The notes beneath the pieces are model-generated. The model did no database searches. It was given only the letters and a program-made list of their open reading frames with translations, and was not told where the DNA came from. A DNA stretch of 64,000 bases from positions 1-64,000 of the IMG/VR virus record IMGVR_UViG_3300031555_006395; one strand, written 5' to 3'. Shown here one piece after another: positions 36,833 to 46,218 of the stretch; the first letter of the stretch is position 1, and every line of letters starts with the position of its first letter. This DNA comes from a virus (Duplodnaviria; Caudoviricetes). The position numbers were made by a program, and so were the translations under genes.

Positions 36833-37102
36833 ATGAAGTGCGCTATCTGTGGACGTAAAGAAATGAATTTGGTTTATTCCAGCATCTACACCGGCGCAGT
36901 TTGTGTGGATTGCTACGACAAAGCCAAAGCAAAAACAAAGTGGGCGAGTGAAAGGATCGCCTACGAACAGCATGAAAATGGGTGGGTCACTGTCATTTGG
37001 AAGGGCATCGAAAAGAATGGCGTTTACAAGATGAAGTATCCCAACTATCGAATTGCAATGGAATTTGCAAAGCAACTGATTGACAACTTTTATGAATTTT
37101 AG
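36833..37102 (+). CDS. Zn-finger hypothetical protein
   Basis: CAIC...CVDC; AAGGAG site. Confidence 0.65.
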   Translation: MKCAICGRKEMNLVYSSIYTGAVCVDCYDKAKAKTKWASERIAYEQHENGWVTVIWKGIEKNGVYKMKYPNYRIAMEFAKQLIDNFYEF

Positions 37103-37114
37103 GAGGAAAAGACA

Positions 37115-38752
37115 ATGTTGAATGAATCTGTAAAAGCAAAACTGGTTGACGATATCGAGCAGGTCCTGACAGATAATGAGCAAGAGTATAAAGAAGCCGA
37201 AATTATCGCTCTCGTAAATCGTTGGTATGCAGCTAAGGAGCCGTTGATTAACTTGTTGCGGAAACATCCTAACTGGAATGAAAATGCTTTTGCCGTTGTA
37301 TTTGATTGTGATTCTGTTCGCTCTGTGGATGAAAATAAAATCTATAATAAATTGCGAGAAAAATATATCTACTTCCCGAATCATGACCTCTATCGTTATG
37401 ACCCAACATTTAATTGGGTGTATAATTTTGCTCAACGTACAATGGTAATGGATGACCAGATTGAAAAAGCAGGGTACTATATTCAGACAGAGCATCCTCT
37501 TCATGCCGGCAAAACAACCAGGGTTTTGAATAAGATTTTCACCGATCTTAATTGGGATTTTCCAACGAAAATGGGTACATATGTAGATAGTAATGGAAAA
37601 GAACGCAATGAATATGACCGATGGTTTGCTGAATTAAGTGATTTGATCAATCCTATGAAAGTAACTCGCCATACATTGTTGAGTGTACACCCTTGTGACT
37701 ATTTGAATATGAGTCATGGTACAGGATGGGCGTCTTGTCATAATATCTACGACGGTGAATATATGGCGGGAACTCTTTCTTATATGTGTGATAAAACCAG
37801 CATGATTTTCTATACAGTCAGAGCAGAATACGATGGTGATTGCTATTGGAATGAAGAGAAAATCAATCGACAGGTTTATTGTTATTCTGGAACTACGATG
37901 TTACAGAGCCGGCTGTATCCTCGGTACAATGACTATGAAAACATTGAGATTTTCAGAAATGCAGTACAGAATATCCTTGCCGCTTGTCTGGGCGTACCAA
38001 ACAGATGGATTTTGAAAAAGGGTGTGAATACAAGTATCACTCGTACGAATGGTTTGCAGTACCCTGACTATAATTACAGCGATTTTAATACGAACATCTG
38101 TGTACTTCGTGATGAAGAGCCAAATGAAATTGAAATCGGTTCAGTAGCATACTGTATTGAATGTGGTTCGCGTTTAAGAGATAACGACTATCTGAATTGT
38201 TGCTCCGGCGGTGGTTACACCTGCGAATGTTGCGGAAATCGTATTCATTATGACGATGTTCGTTGGGTGGGCGATACCCCTTACTGTGATGAATGTGCAA
38301 TCTGGTGTGAACATTGTAATCGATACGAGTATTACGAAGATATCCATGAGTACCATGTAGATGGCGTTTGGATGTGGATTTGTAATGATTGTATCGACCA
38401 GTATTATTCGTTATGTGAATCTTGTAATGAATACTTTTTGAATAGCGAAATGAATACGGACGGAAACATTGATCTTTGTCAGAATTGCCTTGAAAACTAT
38501 TATTATGTATGCGCTGAATGTGGAGAATTCGTACATCATGATGATGCTTGTATGGGTCTTGACGATGAATACCGTTGTCAGTATTGCCATGAACAGAAAT
38601 ATAAAACCTGCCATGATTGTGGTTGTATTGTTGATACTGACCGAGAGGGCGAATACATTCCTGAAAAAGGATATTATCTGTGTGATTACTGCTATGAGTC
38701 GTATATTGATTCAAACGATGATGAAATTGAAATGCGAGATGCAGGTTGTTAG
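37115..38752 (+). CDS. Large multi-zinc-ribbon protein, paralog 1
   Basis: Core SVHPCDYLNMS..SCH..GEY..G.LSYMCD plus about 8 CxxC pairs at the C-terminus. Confidence 0.75.
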   Translation: MLNESVKAKLVDDIEQVLTDNEQEYKEAEIIALVNRWYAAKEPLINLLRKHPNWNENAFAVVFDCDSVRSVDENKIYNKLREKYIYFPNHDLYRYDPTFNWVYNFAQRTMVMDDQIEKAGYYIQTEHPLHAGKTTRVLNKIFTDLNWDFPTKMGTYVDSNGKERNEYDRWFAELSDLINPMKVTRHTLLSVHPCDYLNMSHGTGWASCHNIYDGEYMAGTLSYMCDKTSMIFYTVRAEYDGDCYWNEEKINRQVYCYSGTTMLQSRLYPRYNDYENIEIFRNAVQNILAACLGVPNRWILKKGVNTSITRTNGLQYPDYNYSDFNTNICVLRDEEPNEIEIGSVAYCIECGSRLRDNDYLNCCSGGGYTCECCGNRIHYDDVRWVGDTPYCDECAIWCEHCNRYEYYEDIHEYHVDGVWMWICNDCIDQYYSLCESCNEYFLNSEMNTDGNIDLCQNCLENYYYVCAECGEFVHHDDACMGLDDEYRCQYCHEQKYKTCHDCGCIVDTDREGEYIPEKGYYLCDYCYESYIDSNDDEIEMRDAGC

Positions 38753-38758
38753 GAGGAT

Positions 38759-39913
38759 ATGAAAATGAAATTTAGCACCATTATTAAAGCAGAGCAGCAT
38801 CAGCTGAAGAATTTATTGAAATCTGAATTAAAGTATCAAGGATATCATCCCATCAGCAAACAAGGCTTTTTGTATGCAGAGGGAGAAGTCCCCATTCTGT
38901 TGGTTGCCCATATGGATACAGTTCATATGAAACCAGTTAGTCAAATCTTTTACAGCGAAGATAACGACATTATGATGGCCAGAGAGGGCATCGGTGGAGA
39001 TGATCGATGTGGGATCTTTATCATCATGGAATTGATTCGTGAAACAAAATGTCATGTTCTGTTCTGTGAAGATGAAGAAGTTGGCGGTATTGGAGCGAAA
39101 AAGTTTTGCGCATCCAATATCAAGCCGGATGTGAAATTCATGATTGAATTTGACCGTAAAGGTGCAGATGATTCGGTTTACTACGATTGTGGTAACTATG
39201 AATTTCAAAAGTTTATAGATTCGTATGGATTTGAAGAGTCGTATGGCACATTTTCTGATATTTCGATTCTTGGTCCGCATTTTGATATCGCAGCGGTGAA
39301 TTTGTCCAGCGGATATTATAACGCACATACAAAAGAAGAATACATTGTGAAAAGCGATGTATGGAAAACGATTGAAAGAGCTAGAAGAATCATCAGAACA
39401 AAAGATTTGAAATCTTATGATTATCAGGAGATTCAGTGGTCTTACAGCGCAGGTCTTTACGGGAAAAATTACCGTGGTGCTTATGGATATGATTACGATG
39501 ATTGGGGGTATTATGGCGGATATGACTATGATAACAAAACCAATAAAGGTGCATTTCATGGGAAAGATGCCCCTTGGTCTGAGTATGGTGATGGTTGGTA
39601 TAAAGGCTATGAAATGATGAAAGCTGTTCCGCTGAGCAGTGGTGAGTGGGCAACAACGATCGACGGCGAATTTCTCTGCGATGAAGATGATTTGTGGCTT
39701 GGCGCCGATGGAAAAGGCTACATTGTTGATTATGACAATGATTTTCTACTGTTTATTGCAGACCAGGTTTTCACCGAAAATGGATTGCCGCGCCGATGGA
39801 CCGAAGAAGATGACATCGAAGGAACTTATGGCTATATCGATAATTATGTCGAATATGGCTTGAAAGATAAAGCAGAGGAGGAAAAAGTATTATGCTTGCC
39901 CACAAAGTCGTAG
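38759..39913 (+). CDS. M28/M20-type zinc peptidase-like protein with Tyr/Gly-rich tail
   Basis: AHMDTV, GGDDRCG, DEEVG, EFDR and YYNAHT metal ligands. Confidence 0.8.
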   Translation: MKMKFSTIIKAEQHQLKNLLKSELKYQGYHPISKQGFLYAEGEVPILLVAHMDTVHMKPVSQIFYSEDNDIMMAREGIGGDDRCGIFIIMELIRETKCHVLFCEDEEVGGIGAKKFCASNIKPDVKFMIEFDRKGADDSVYYDCGNYEFQKFIDSYGFEESYGTFSDISILGPHFDIAAVNLSSGYYNAHTKEEYIVKSDVWKTIERARRIIRTKDLKSYDYQEIQWSYSAGLYGKNYRGAYGYDYDDWGYYGGYDYDNKTNKGAFHGKDAPWSEYGDGWYKGYEMMKAVPLSSGEWATTIDGEFLCDEDDLWLGADGKGYIVDYDNDFLLFIADQVFTENGLPRRWTEEDDIEGTYGYIDNYVEYGLKDKAEEEKVLCLPTKS

Positions 39914-40098
39914 TTTACGCCACCATGAAAACGGTTCTTGATGAAATCCTTACAGACACCAGCGAACATTATGTACTCACAAGAGACTCACAAGAAGCTG
40001 TGGATCTTGTCCGTAAAAAGCTGCAGGATGCAGGTTGGGAAGTACATGAAATGAAAACAAAATGCATCTGGATCGATAAAATAGGAGGTTTGGAATGA
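39892..40098 (+). CDS. Small hypothetical protein
   Basis: GAGGAGG site; coupled to neighbours. Confidence 0.6.
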   Translation: MLAHKVVVYATMKTVLDEILTDTSEHYVLTRDSQEAVDLVRKKLQDAGWEVHEMKTKCIWIDKIGGLE

Positions 40099-40535
40099 AA
40101 CAGAAATTCTTTGTGGACATCGATAAAAAACTGACTGATTCGTTTGTCGTTGAAGCGGAAAGCAAAGACGAACTGCTTGCCAAAATCTTCGAATGTTATG
40201 AAAAAATGACGGGTCAAAACAGTGTCGTTTACAACTTTGCCATTACAGATGAAAATGGCGAAACAATCAAAGAACGAGACCGTTCTGACTATCATTACAC
40301 CGACTTTGAAGATCCATTTCTCGAACGGCAGTATGCGGTTGATTTGGTTGCCCCAATTCATATGACTGAAATGGATTATGCGAAAGGGACCATGCTTAAA
40401 GATGAAAGAGGGTGGGCCATTTGGTTTGATTCCTTGGATGAAGCAAAGACGGCATGTATAAAAGCCGGAGGATATTGTGTGATTGACAGCGAGGAATTAG
40501 AAGATGTTTGGTTTAACCCCAATTATCGAAAATAA
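40095..40535 (+). CDS. Hypothetical protein with VEAES motif (DpnD/PcfM-like N-terminus)
   Basis: FVVEAESKDELL. Confidence 0.6.
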   Translation: MKQKFFVDIDKKLTDSFVVEAESKDELLAKIFECYEKMTGQNSVVYNFAITDENGETIKERDRSDYHYTDFEDPFLERQYAVDLVAPIHMTEMDYAKGTMLKDERGWAIWFDSLDEAKTACIKAGGYCVIDSEELEDVWFNPNYRK

Positions 40536-40544
40536 CAGGAGGAA

Positions 40545-42116
40545 ATGAAAATGACACAGGCACAGAGAATGAAATTAGCAAAGTCTATAATGGATGTTTT
40601 GGATATGCATAAGCATCATTATACTGAAAAAGGAATTTATTATACGATCGACCGATGGTACGATAATAAAAAGCCGCTGATTGACATGTTGCGAAAACAT
40701 CCTAATTGGGATGAAACACTTTGGGCTGTACACTTTGATATGGATTACGAACGAGTAGGTAATGTAAATGCCGCACACGACTTGATTTATGCTCTATATC
40801 CGGCGTATGTTGGTGATGATTTGTATGGTTACCTTTACGACCTGTGTAATTCCACATGCGTTTCCTCTGAAAAGGCAGATGAAATTAACAATGATGTATC
40901 TTTACAACATCCGCTTCATGCCGGTGTGAAATCCACCAAGGCGATTAACCAAATCCTTGTAGAACATGGAATTGATGGGGAAATGGGTACGTACATTGAT
41001 GGTTACGGAAAAGAGCGCCGAGAATACGACCGATGGTTTGCGCAGCTCGCAGATACCCTGTCGCCGATGAAAATCACCAGACATACATTGTTAAGCGTTC
41101 ATCCTTGTGACTATCTGCATATGAGTTATGGCGGCAAAGACAATGGAGACGCTTGGCGTTCTTGTCATAGTCTTGACCATGGCGAATATATGACCGGCTG
41201 CCTTTCGTATATGTGCGATAACGTTTCGATGATTTTCTACACCACATCTAATACTTACTCCGGCGATGAATTTTACAATCAGCGAAAAATCAATCGCCAG
41301 GTATATGCATATGAAAATGGAACACTTTTGCAGAGCCGGCTGTATCCTAATTATGGAGATACTGGTATGTTTGCAAATTTTCGTTCTATTGTTCAAAACA
41401 TCATTGCTACAAGTTCTGATATCCCGAACAGATGGATTTTGAAAAAGGGTGTGAATACAAGTATCACTTTGACATGCGAAGACTCTACGCATTATCCCGA
41501 CTATGAATACGATGATTACAATACTAACATCGCAGTTCTTCGTGACCATGATCCACACCCAATTGTCATTGGATCTGTGGCACATTGCCTTGATTGTTGT
41601 GAACCGCATACCGAAAGCAATCATCTTCGTTGTCTGTCGTGTACGGCAATTGGAATTTGCGCTATTTGCGGGCATCCTATTCAAGAAGGTGAATTTCACT
41701 ATACCGATGAAAATGGAAATATGTTCTGCGGAGCTTGCTGTTATTATTGCGAAGGATGTCAAACTTACCATTCTATGAATGTGCATTATCACGTTGTGAG
41801 AGGTTACAGTTATTGTGATAAGTATTACGAAGCACATAAAGTAACCTGCAGTCATTGTGGAAAAATCTATATGGATTATCAAATGCATAGGGGGTTGAAT
41901 GGGGAATCAATGTGTGTTAGTTGCTTGAATACCATATATCCTAGATGTTTTGTGTGTGGAGAAAGACATAAATTTAATCACACAATGAAAGACATCTGGG
42001 GTGATCCTCGGCCTATCTGCGAAAAATGCTATGAGCAGATACCAACGACGTATCAAGATGGTATATGCTCTACTTCTACAACTTCAACAACAGGATACTA
42101 TAATATTGTGTTTTAA
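40545..42116 (+). CDS. Large multi-zinc-ribbon protein, paralog 2
   Basis: Clearly homologous to 37115-38752; 42-bp identical DNA block. Confidence 0.75.
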   Translation: MKMTQAQRMKLAKSIMDVLDMHKHHYTEKGIYYTIDRWYDNKKPLIDMLRKHPNWDETLWAVHFDMDYERVGNVNAAHDLIYALYPAYVGDDLYGYLYDLCNSTCVSSEKADEINNDVSLQHPLHAGVKSTKAINQILVEHGIDGEMGTYIDGYGKERREYDRWFAQLADTLSPMKITRHTLLSVHPCDYLHMSYGGKDNGDAWRSCHSLDHGEYMTGCLSYMCDNVSMIFYTTSNTYSGDEFYNQRKINRQVYAYENGTLLQSRLYPNYGDTGMFANFRSIVQNIIATSSDIPNRWILKKGVNTSITLTCEDSTHYPDYEYDDYNTNIAVLRDHDPHPIVIGSVAHCLDCCEPHTESNHLRCLSCTAIGICAICGHPIQEGEFHYTDENGNMFCGACCYYCEGCQTYHSMNVHYHVVRGYSYCDKYYEAHKVTCSHCGKIYMDYQMHRGLNGESMCVSCLNTIYPRCFVCGERHKFNHTMKDIWGDPRPICEKCYEQIPTTYQDGICSTSTTSTTGYYNIVF

Positions 42117-42123
42117 GGAGGAT

Positions 42124-42552
42124 ATGAAAATGAAAGAAATCAGAACAATTAAAATGGTGGAGAGCGTTGAAGTGCAGTTTGTTGCAAATGACGGCACCGT
42201 TTTTGAAGGCGATAATGCTGAAATGAAATGTATCAATTATGAACGCACTTGTGATGTAAAGAAAGTTAAAGAAAGATTTAAACGTTTAGAGTCGAAAGTG
42301 TTAAATACCTCTTATATTGAATGGTTTTATCCTGATGGTCGTTTTAGAAAGATTCTTCTAAATTCTAAAAGCGATTATATCGCTATGATGGATTATTACA
42401 ATGTGGTTATTCAAGTGTGTGACAATGATTTAAATGAACCGGCATCATATCCATACTCAATGATTGTTGCAGAGTACTTTGATTACGTCACAGAGTACAT
42501 CGGCGACTTGGCGTCTGAACTGCAGAAAACCATTGACCAGCTTAATGAATAA
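42124..42552 (+). CDS. Hypothetical protein
   Basis: AAGGAGG site; true start at 42124 or 42130. Confidence 0.7.
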   Translation: MKMKEIRTIKMVESVEVQFVANDGTVFEGDNAEMKCINYERTCDVKKVKERFKRLESKVLNTSYIEWFYPDGRFRKILLNSKSDYIAMMDYYNVVIQVCDNDLNEPASYPYSMIVAEYFDYVTEYIGDLASELQKTIDQLNE

Positions 42553-42574
42553 TTAAGAATGATTAAAGGAGGAC

Positions 42575-42832
42575 ATGAAAATGGATGAAAAACTAATCGT
42601 CTATCGTGTTGGTTTTAATGATGGAGATGAAACAGAAGTCGATGCAGAATCTGAAGCTGAAGCGATTGAATTGGCCAAAACAATTGCAACAGAAAGTGGA
42701 GTAGGATTTGAACTTGATTATGTAGAGCCTTGCGGTTATAAGATTTCCGGTGGCAAAATGGTGGACGAAAAGACTGGCAAAACTCTGCTCACCTTTGGTG
42801 AGGGCAGTATTTTATTCGGAAATAAGATGTAG
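42575..42832 (+). CDS. Small acidic protein with VDAES motif
   Basis: AAGGAGG site. Confidence 0.65.
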   Translation: MKMDEKLIVYRVGFNDGDETEVDAESEAEAIELAKTIATESGVGFELDYVEPCGYKISGGKMVDEKTGKTLLTFGEGSILFGNKM

Positions 42833-42853
42833 TTTTAAGTGGAGGATTTGAGT

Positions 42854-42982
42854 GTGAATGAATATAAGGTAGCAATCACCATTGAAAGTGATGAAGAAAT
42901 TTATGGTGAGGAATTTTGGGTAAGAGCAGATAGCATTGATGAAGCAATGGAATATATCAAAAGTAAACTTGATGTAGATTAA
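42854..42982 (+). CDS. 42-aa acidic micro-protein (not in the ORF track)
   Basis: GGAGG site then GTG; NEYKVAITIESDEEIYGEEFWVRADSIDEAMEYIKSKLDVD. Confidence 0.65.
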   Translation: MNEYKVAITIESDEEIYGEEFWVRADSIDEAMEYIKSKLDVD

Positions 42983-43018
42983 AAGAATTATTTTAAGTGG
43001 TTTATGGAGGATTTAATT

Positions 43019-43276
43019 ATGCGTAAGATGAATAAAGAAGAAAAGAAACTGATTGAAGTTGAAATCACAAGTATGATGCAATTCGCAGTCGGAAGCGATT
43101 ATGCAAGATACATTCTTGGAGACAAGGGCGAAGATGGTGAAAATACCTTTATTGAAGATGTGATTGAAGATGTGATGTGTGCCTCTGCTTGGGGAGACGA
43201 GGGATTCTATAGTAGTGATGATGTTCGTCTTGCTATTGGCAGAGTACTGATGGATAGAATGGGAATTTACTATTAA
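43019..43276 (+). CDS. Small acidic hypothetical protein
   Basis: GGAGG site. Confidence 0.65.
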   Translation: MRKMNKEEKKLIEVEITSMMQFAVGSDYARYILGDKGEDGENTFIEDVIEDVMCASAWGDEGFYSSDDVRLAIGRVLMDRMGIYY

Positions 43277-43302
43277 AATGTAATTTTATGAGGTAAATAT
43301 AT

Positions 43303-43608
43303 ATGAGAAAAGATATTATGCTTGGAGTAAATAGCAAAAGTAATCGTTGTTGTAAACTTCTTTGCTTAGTGCCGTTTGAGAGAATTGTATCTTCAGAAGT
43401 CGAAGAATCTGATTTTATTCACGATGCTACAAACTGGTGTGGAAATGATGAAATCAAAAGAACTCTTGAACTTATCAAGATGAAGCAGACTGGGAATAAA
43501 ATTGTTCTTGATAAGCCTATTGTATTTCATGGATATGATTATGATTGGGGCAGAGAATGTCCTTGGCAGTTTGAAGTCGATGAAATTCACGAATTGGAAG
43601 AGATTTAA
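43303..43608 (+). CDS. Hypothetical protein
   Basis: GAGGT site after a junction palindrome. Confidence 0.65.
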   Translation: MRKDIMLGVNSKSNRCCKLLCLVPFERIVSSEVEESDFIHDATNWCGNDEIKRTLELIKMKQTGNKIVLDKPIVFHGYDYDWGRECPWQFEVDEIHELEEI

Positions 43609-43633
43609 AAGGATAATTTTATGAGGTGAAAGT

Positions 43634-43822
43634 ATGAATAGATACCTTATGAGAATTGAGGGTTATTTTTCTGGATGGAAACAGTTTGAGATTGAAGCAG
43701 ACAATAAGCAGGACGCTGTAGTAAGAGCAAAGGAATATTGTAAGAAACATTCCGAATATGGCATTGGTGGAAATTATAAGTTTGATTCAATCGAATGTGT
43801 TAAGAAGTTGAATATAAAATGA
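43634..43822 (+). CDS. Small protein with IEADN motif
   Basis: GAGGTG site. Confidence 0.65.
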   Translation: MNRYLMRIEGYFSGWKQFEIEADNKQDAVVRAKEYCKKHSEYGIGGNYKFDSIECVKKLNIK

Positions 43823-43842
43823 CGATTTTGTGAGGTAGCGAT

Positions 43843-44040
43843 ATGGATTACAAAATAGAAGTTGATATGTGCCCACACGAATGGGATAACGAAAATAGAC
43901 CTTATTTTTGGATGATAACCAACGGTGTTTGTAACAACGGTTTTGGATGGAGCGAAACACCAGAACAAGCATGGAAAGATGCGTTAAATTATTATATTTA
44001 CCATGTAAAAAGTAATTTACGGGGTGGTGAAACGGTGTGA
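43843..44040 (+). CDS. Small hypothetical protein
   Basis: GAGGT site. Confidence 0.6.
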   Translation: MDYKIEVDMCPHEWDNENRPYFWMITNGVCNNGFGWSETPEQAWKDALNYYIYHVKSNLRGGETV

Positions 44041-44309
44041 AAAACGGATGCAAAGATTTTATTTCTCCTACAATGGATAAGATTAAAATCGAACCCTTTT
44101 TTGAGAATCGTTTGCACGATATTGCTTTTGCTCAAGTTAGTTTACGACATTTAAATAATAGGGGTGTATATTTAGAAGATACTATACAACTTACGCAAGA
44201 ATTGTATAAATACATTATCTATCTGTATTCTCATATAGAACAACTTGAAAAAGACAAGCAGTACTTATTGGCTCAATATTTAAAAAAACACAAAAGAGAT
44301 AGGTTGTGA
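44037..44309 (+). CDS. Small hypothetical protein
   Basis: GGGGTG site, GTG start. Confidence 0.6.
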   Translation: MKNGCKDFISPTMDKIKIEPFFENRLHDIAFAQVSLRHLNNRGVYLEDTIQLTQELYKYIIYLYSHIEQLEKDKQYLLAQYLKKHKRDRL

Positions 44310-44313
44310 TGAT

Positions 44314-44547
44314 ATGGATATCTTATATGATTGTTATGACGAAAATGAAAAGCCTATTGGGATTATTTTTGCTAAAGATTGTGCCGATTTATTGCAGAAA
44401 AATCCAAATGTAAAATATGTGAGAGGAATCGATGCTGTTACTCGCAGACCTCATTGGCACAAGGTAAAAGAAAATGGTTTATGGCCTTACCAACCCAAAG
44501 TTAAAGCGCATAGGGACGAAAGTGACTGGCATTATTCAGACTATTGA
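44314..44547 (+). CDS. Small hypothetical protein
   Basis: Packed within the operon. Confidence 0.6.
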   Translation: MDILYDCYDENEKPIGIIFAKDCADLLQKNPNVKYVRGIDAVTRRPHWHKVKENGLWPYQPKVKAHRDESDWHYSDY

Positions 44548-44583
44548 ATACATAAAAGAGTGATTTTGTGAGGAGGTAATGAA

Positions 44584-44823
44584 ATGGCAAGAATCTGGTT
44601 CAGAGTAGGTATGGAAGCGGATGTGACAGAAGAAGAAATGAATACCCTGCTTGTTTATAGTGGACAAGCGGAAGGTAAAAGAGATTGGAAAAAGGCACAG
44701 ACCGTTATGAAATCTATCATTAAAAGATCAGAATTAAGCGGAGAAACTTACATCTTAGGTAAAGATTGCGGAGGTGTAGATAATTACGATAATCCAGATA
44801 ATGAAATTGGTTTCTTTTTCTAA
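44584..44823 (+). CDS. Small hypothetical protein
   Basis: GAGGAGG site. Confidence 0.65.
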   Translation: MARIWFRVGMEADVTEEEMNTLLVYSGQAEGKRDWKKAQTVMKSIIKRSELSGETYILGKDCGGVDNYDNPDNEIGFFF

Positions 44824-44865
44824 TCTTATGAAAGAAAAATTTAAAAGGAGGATTTAAGAATTAAA

Positions 44866-45129
44866 ATGAATGTAGATCGAGAAAGATTAACGAAACTGTT
44901 GAATCAAATTAAATACACAAGAATTGAAAATGCGGTTAATATTCTGATTGATAATGGTGTGGTAATTCGGAAATGCGGAAAACCAATTGAACATACTGAG
45001 ATTTTCTTCAATTCGGATGGAAAGCCGGTTGTAGAATACATAGTTGGTAAGGCATGTCCGTTCTGTGAAAGTACAACGATTGAAAACTACTGTGCCAACT
45101 GTGGTGCGAAAATGGATAAGGAGGAATAA
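44866..45129 (+). CDS. Zinc-ribbon protein ending YCANCGAKMD
   Basis: CPFC...CANC. Confidence 0.65.
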   Translation: MNVDRERLTKLLNQIKYTRIENAVNILIDNGVVIRKCGKPIEHTEIFFNSDGKPVVEYIVGKACPFCESTTIENYCANCGAKMDKEE

Positions 45130-45131
45130 CT

Positions 45132-45479
45132 ATGCGGTTGATTGATGCTGATGCGCTGAAAAAGAAAGCGAGGTATGCGTTCGAGTCAAATACGGGTGGG
45201 CATATTCCTCCCGTAGTAAGCGCAGACGATATTGACGATGCTCCCACCATCGAAGCCGAACCTGTGAAGCGTGGGCAGTGGATTGGGGATGGGTATTATG
45301 AAAAACCGTGCGTTTGCTCCTATTGTGGTGCAGAAGCACATTATATAAGCACATTCAAAGAGACCTATGACTATGATTGGGAAGAAAATTTGCAATCCAC
45401 GGGGTTTGAAGAAATCTGTGAATATATTAAATCCGATTACTGCCCGAACTGCGGTGCAAAGATGGATTTGGAGGAATAG
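45132..45479 (+). CDS. MRLIDAD-type zinc-ribbon phage protein
   Basis: MRLIDADAL start, CSYC...YCPNCGAKMD end. Confidence 0.75.
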   Translation: MRLIDADALKKKARYAFESNTGGHIPPVVSADDIDDAPTIEAEPVKRGQWIGDGYYEKPCVCSYCGAEAHYISTFKETYDYDWEENLQSTGFEEICEYIKSDYCPNCGAKMDLEE

Positions 45480-45481
45480 TT

Positions 45482-45823
45482 ATGCGGTTGATTGATGCAG
45501 ATAAGCTTAAAGCGGTTTGGATTCGCTTTAAAAAGAGTGATATTGCCGATGGCGGTGGATTTGTATATGACCCTGATGATGTAATTGAAACGATTGACGA
45601 AAGTGAAACCGTCGAAGCTGAGCCTGTGAAGCACGGACGGTGGAAGAAAAGCAAGAAAGAAAAAATGTATTGCGATTGGGAAATGAATGGTTGGTTTGAT
45701 TATCCGGAAATCTGTACGAATTGCGGATATGATGCAACTGAGGATGGAATGGGAGTTGGAAACTACTGCCCTAACTGTGGTGCGAAGATGGATTTGGTGG
45801 GTGAGAAAAATGAAAGAGTATAA
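45482..45823 (+). CDS. MRLIDAD-type zinc-ribbon phage protein, tandem paralog
   Basis: Same termini as the upstream gene. Confidence 0.75.
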   Translation: MRLIDADKLKAVWIRFKKSDIADGGGFVYDPDDVIETIDESETVEAEPVKHGRWKKSKKEKMYCDWEMNGWFDYPEICTNCGYDATEDGMGVGNYCPNCGAKMDLVGEKNERV

Positions 45824-45965
45824 GATCGAAGTCACAAGCACCACCACAGTATATATCGAAGCTGATAATGAGGAGGCTGCGCTAATGGCCGCCTACCACG
45901 AGGCACTAAACGCATCACCAGATTTCTATGATTCAGTTATTGTTGATGTGGTTGACACAGAGTAA
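45810..45965 (+). CDS. Small DpnD/PcfM-like protein
   Basis: YKIEVTSTTTVYIEADNEEAA. Confidence 0.65.
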   Translation: MKEYKIEVTSTTTVYIEADNEEAALMAAYHEALNASPDFYDSVIVDVVDTE

Positions 45966-45978
45966 AAGGAGGGTGATT

Positions 45979-46167
45979 ATGTATCAAACCAAAGAAGAAA
46001 ATCTTGCACATGAAATCGTTGAGCTGTTCGAAGAATTTTTGGATGAAAGGGGGATTAAAATCGAAAATCCAGATAAACAACAGGATGAAAATGCAGCCAA
46101 TATTTATGGGCTAGATTATGCTGATTTGTTTTATGGGATCCAGGATTTGATTTCAAAATATAAATAG
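45979..46167 (+). CDS. Small acidic hypothetical protein
   Basis: AAGGAGG site. Confidence 0.65.
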   Translation: MYQTKEENLAHEIVELFEEFLDERGIKIENPDKQQDENAANIYGLDYADLFYGIQDLISKYK

Positions 46168-46168
46168 G

Positions 46169-46197
46169 TTGAATTTATCCTATCGTTGTGGCATACT
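46169..46197 (+). promoter_or_regulatory. sigma-A promoter for phd/doc
   Basis: TTGAAT-N17-CATACT with TG extension. Confidence 0.6.
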
Positions 46198-46218
46198 ATT
46201 ATTAAAGGAGGTATGAAA

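Larger units (their letters stand above)
42101..44568. repeat. Dispersed TAAAA-N5/6-TTTT(A/G) palindromes at gene junctions
   Basis: Sites at 42101, 42823, 42980, 43274, 43606, 43815, 44006 (degenerate) and 44553; another at 63970. Confidence 0.75.
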
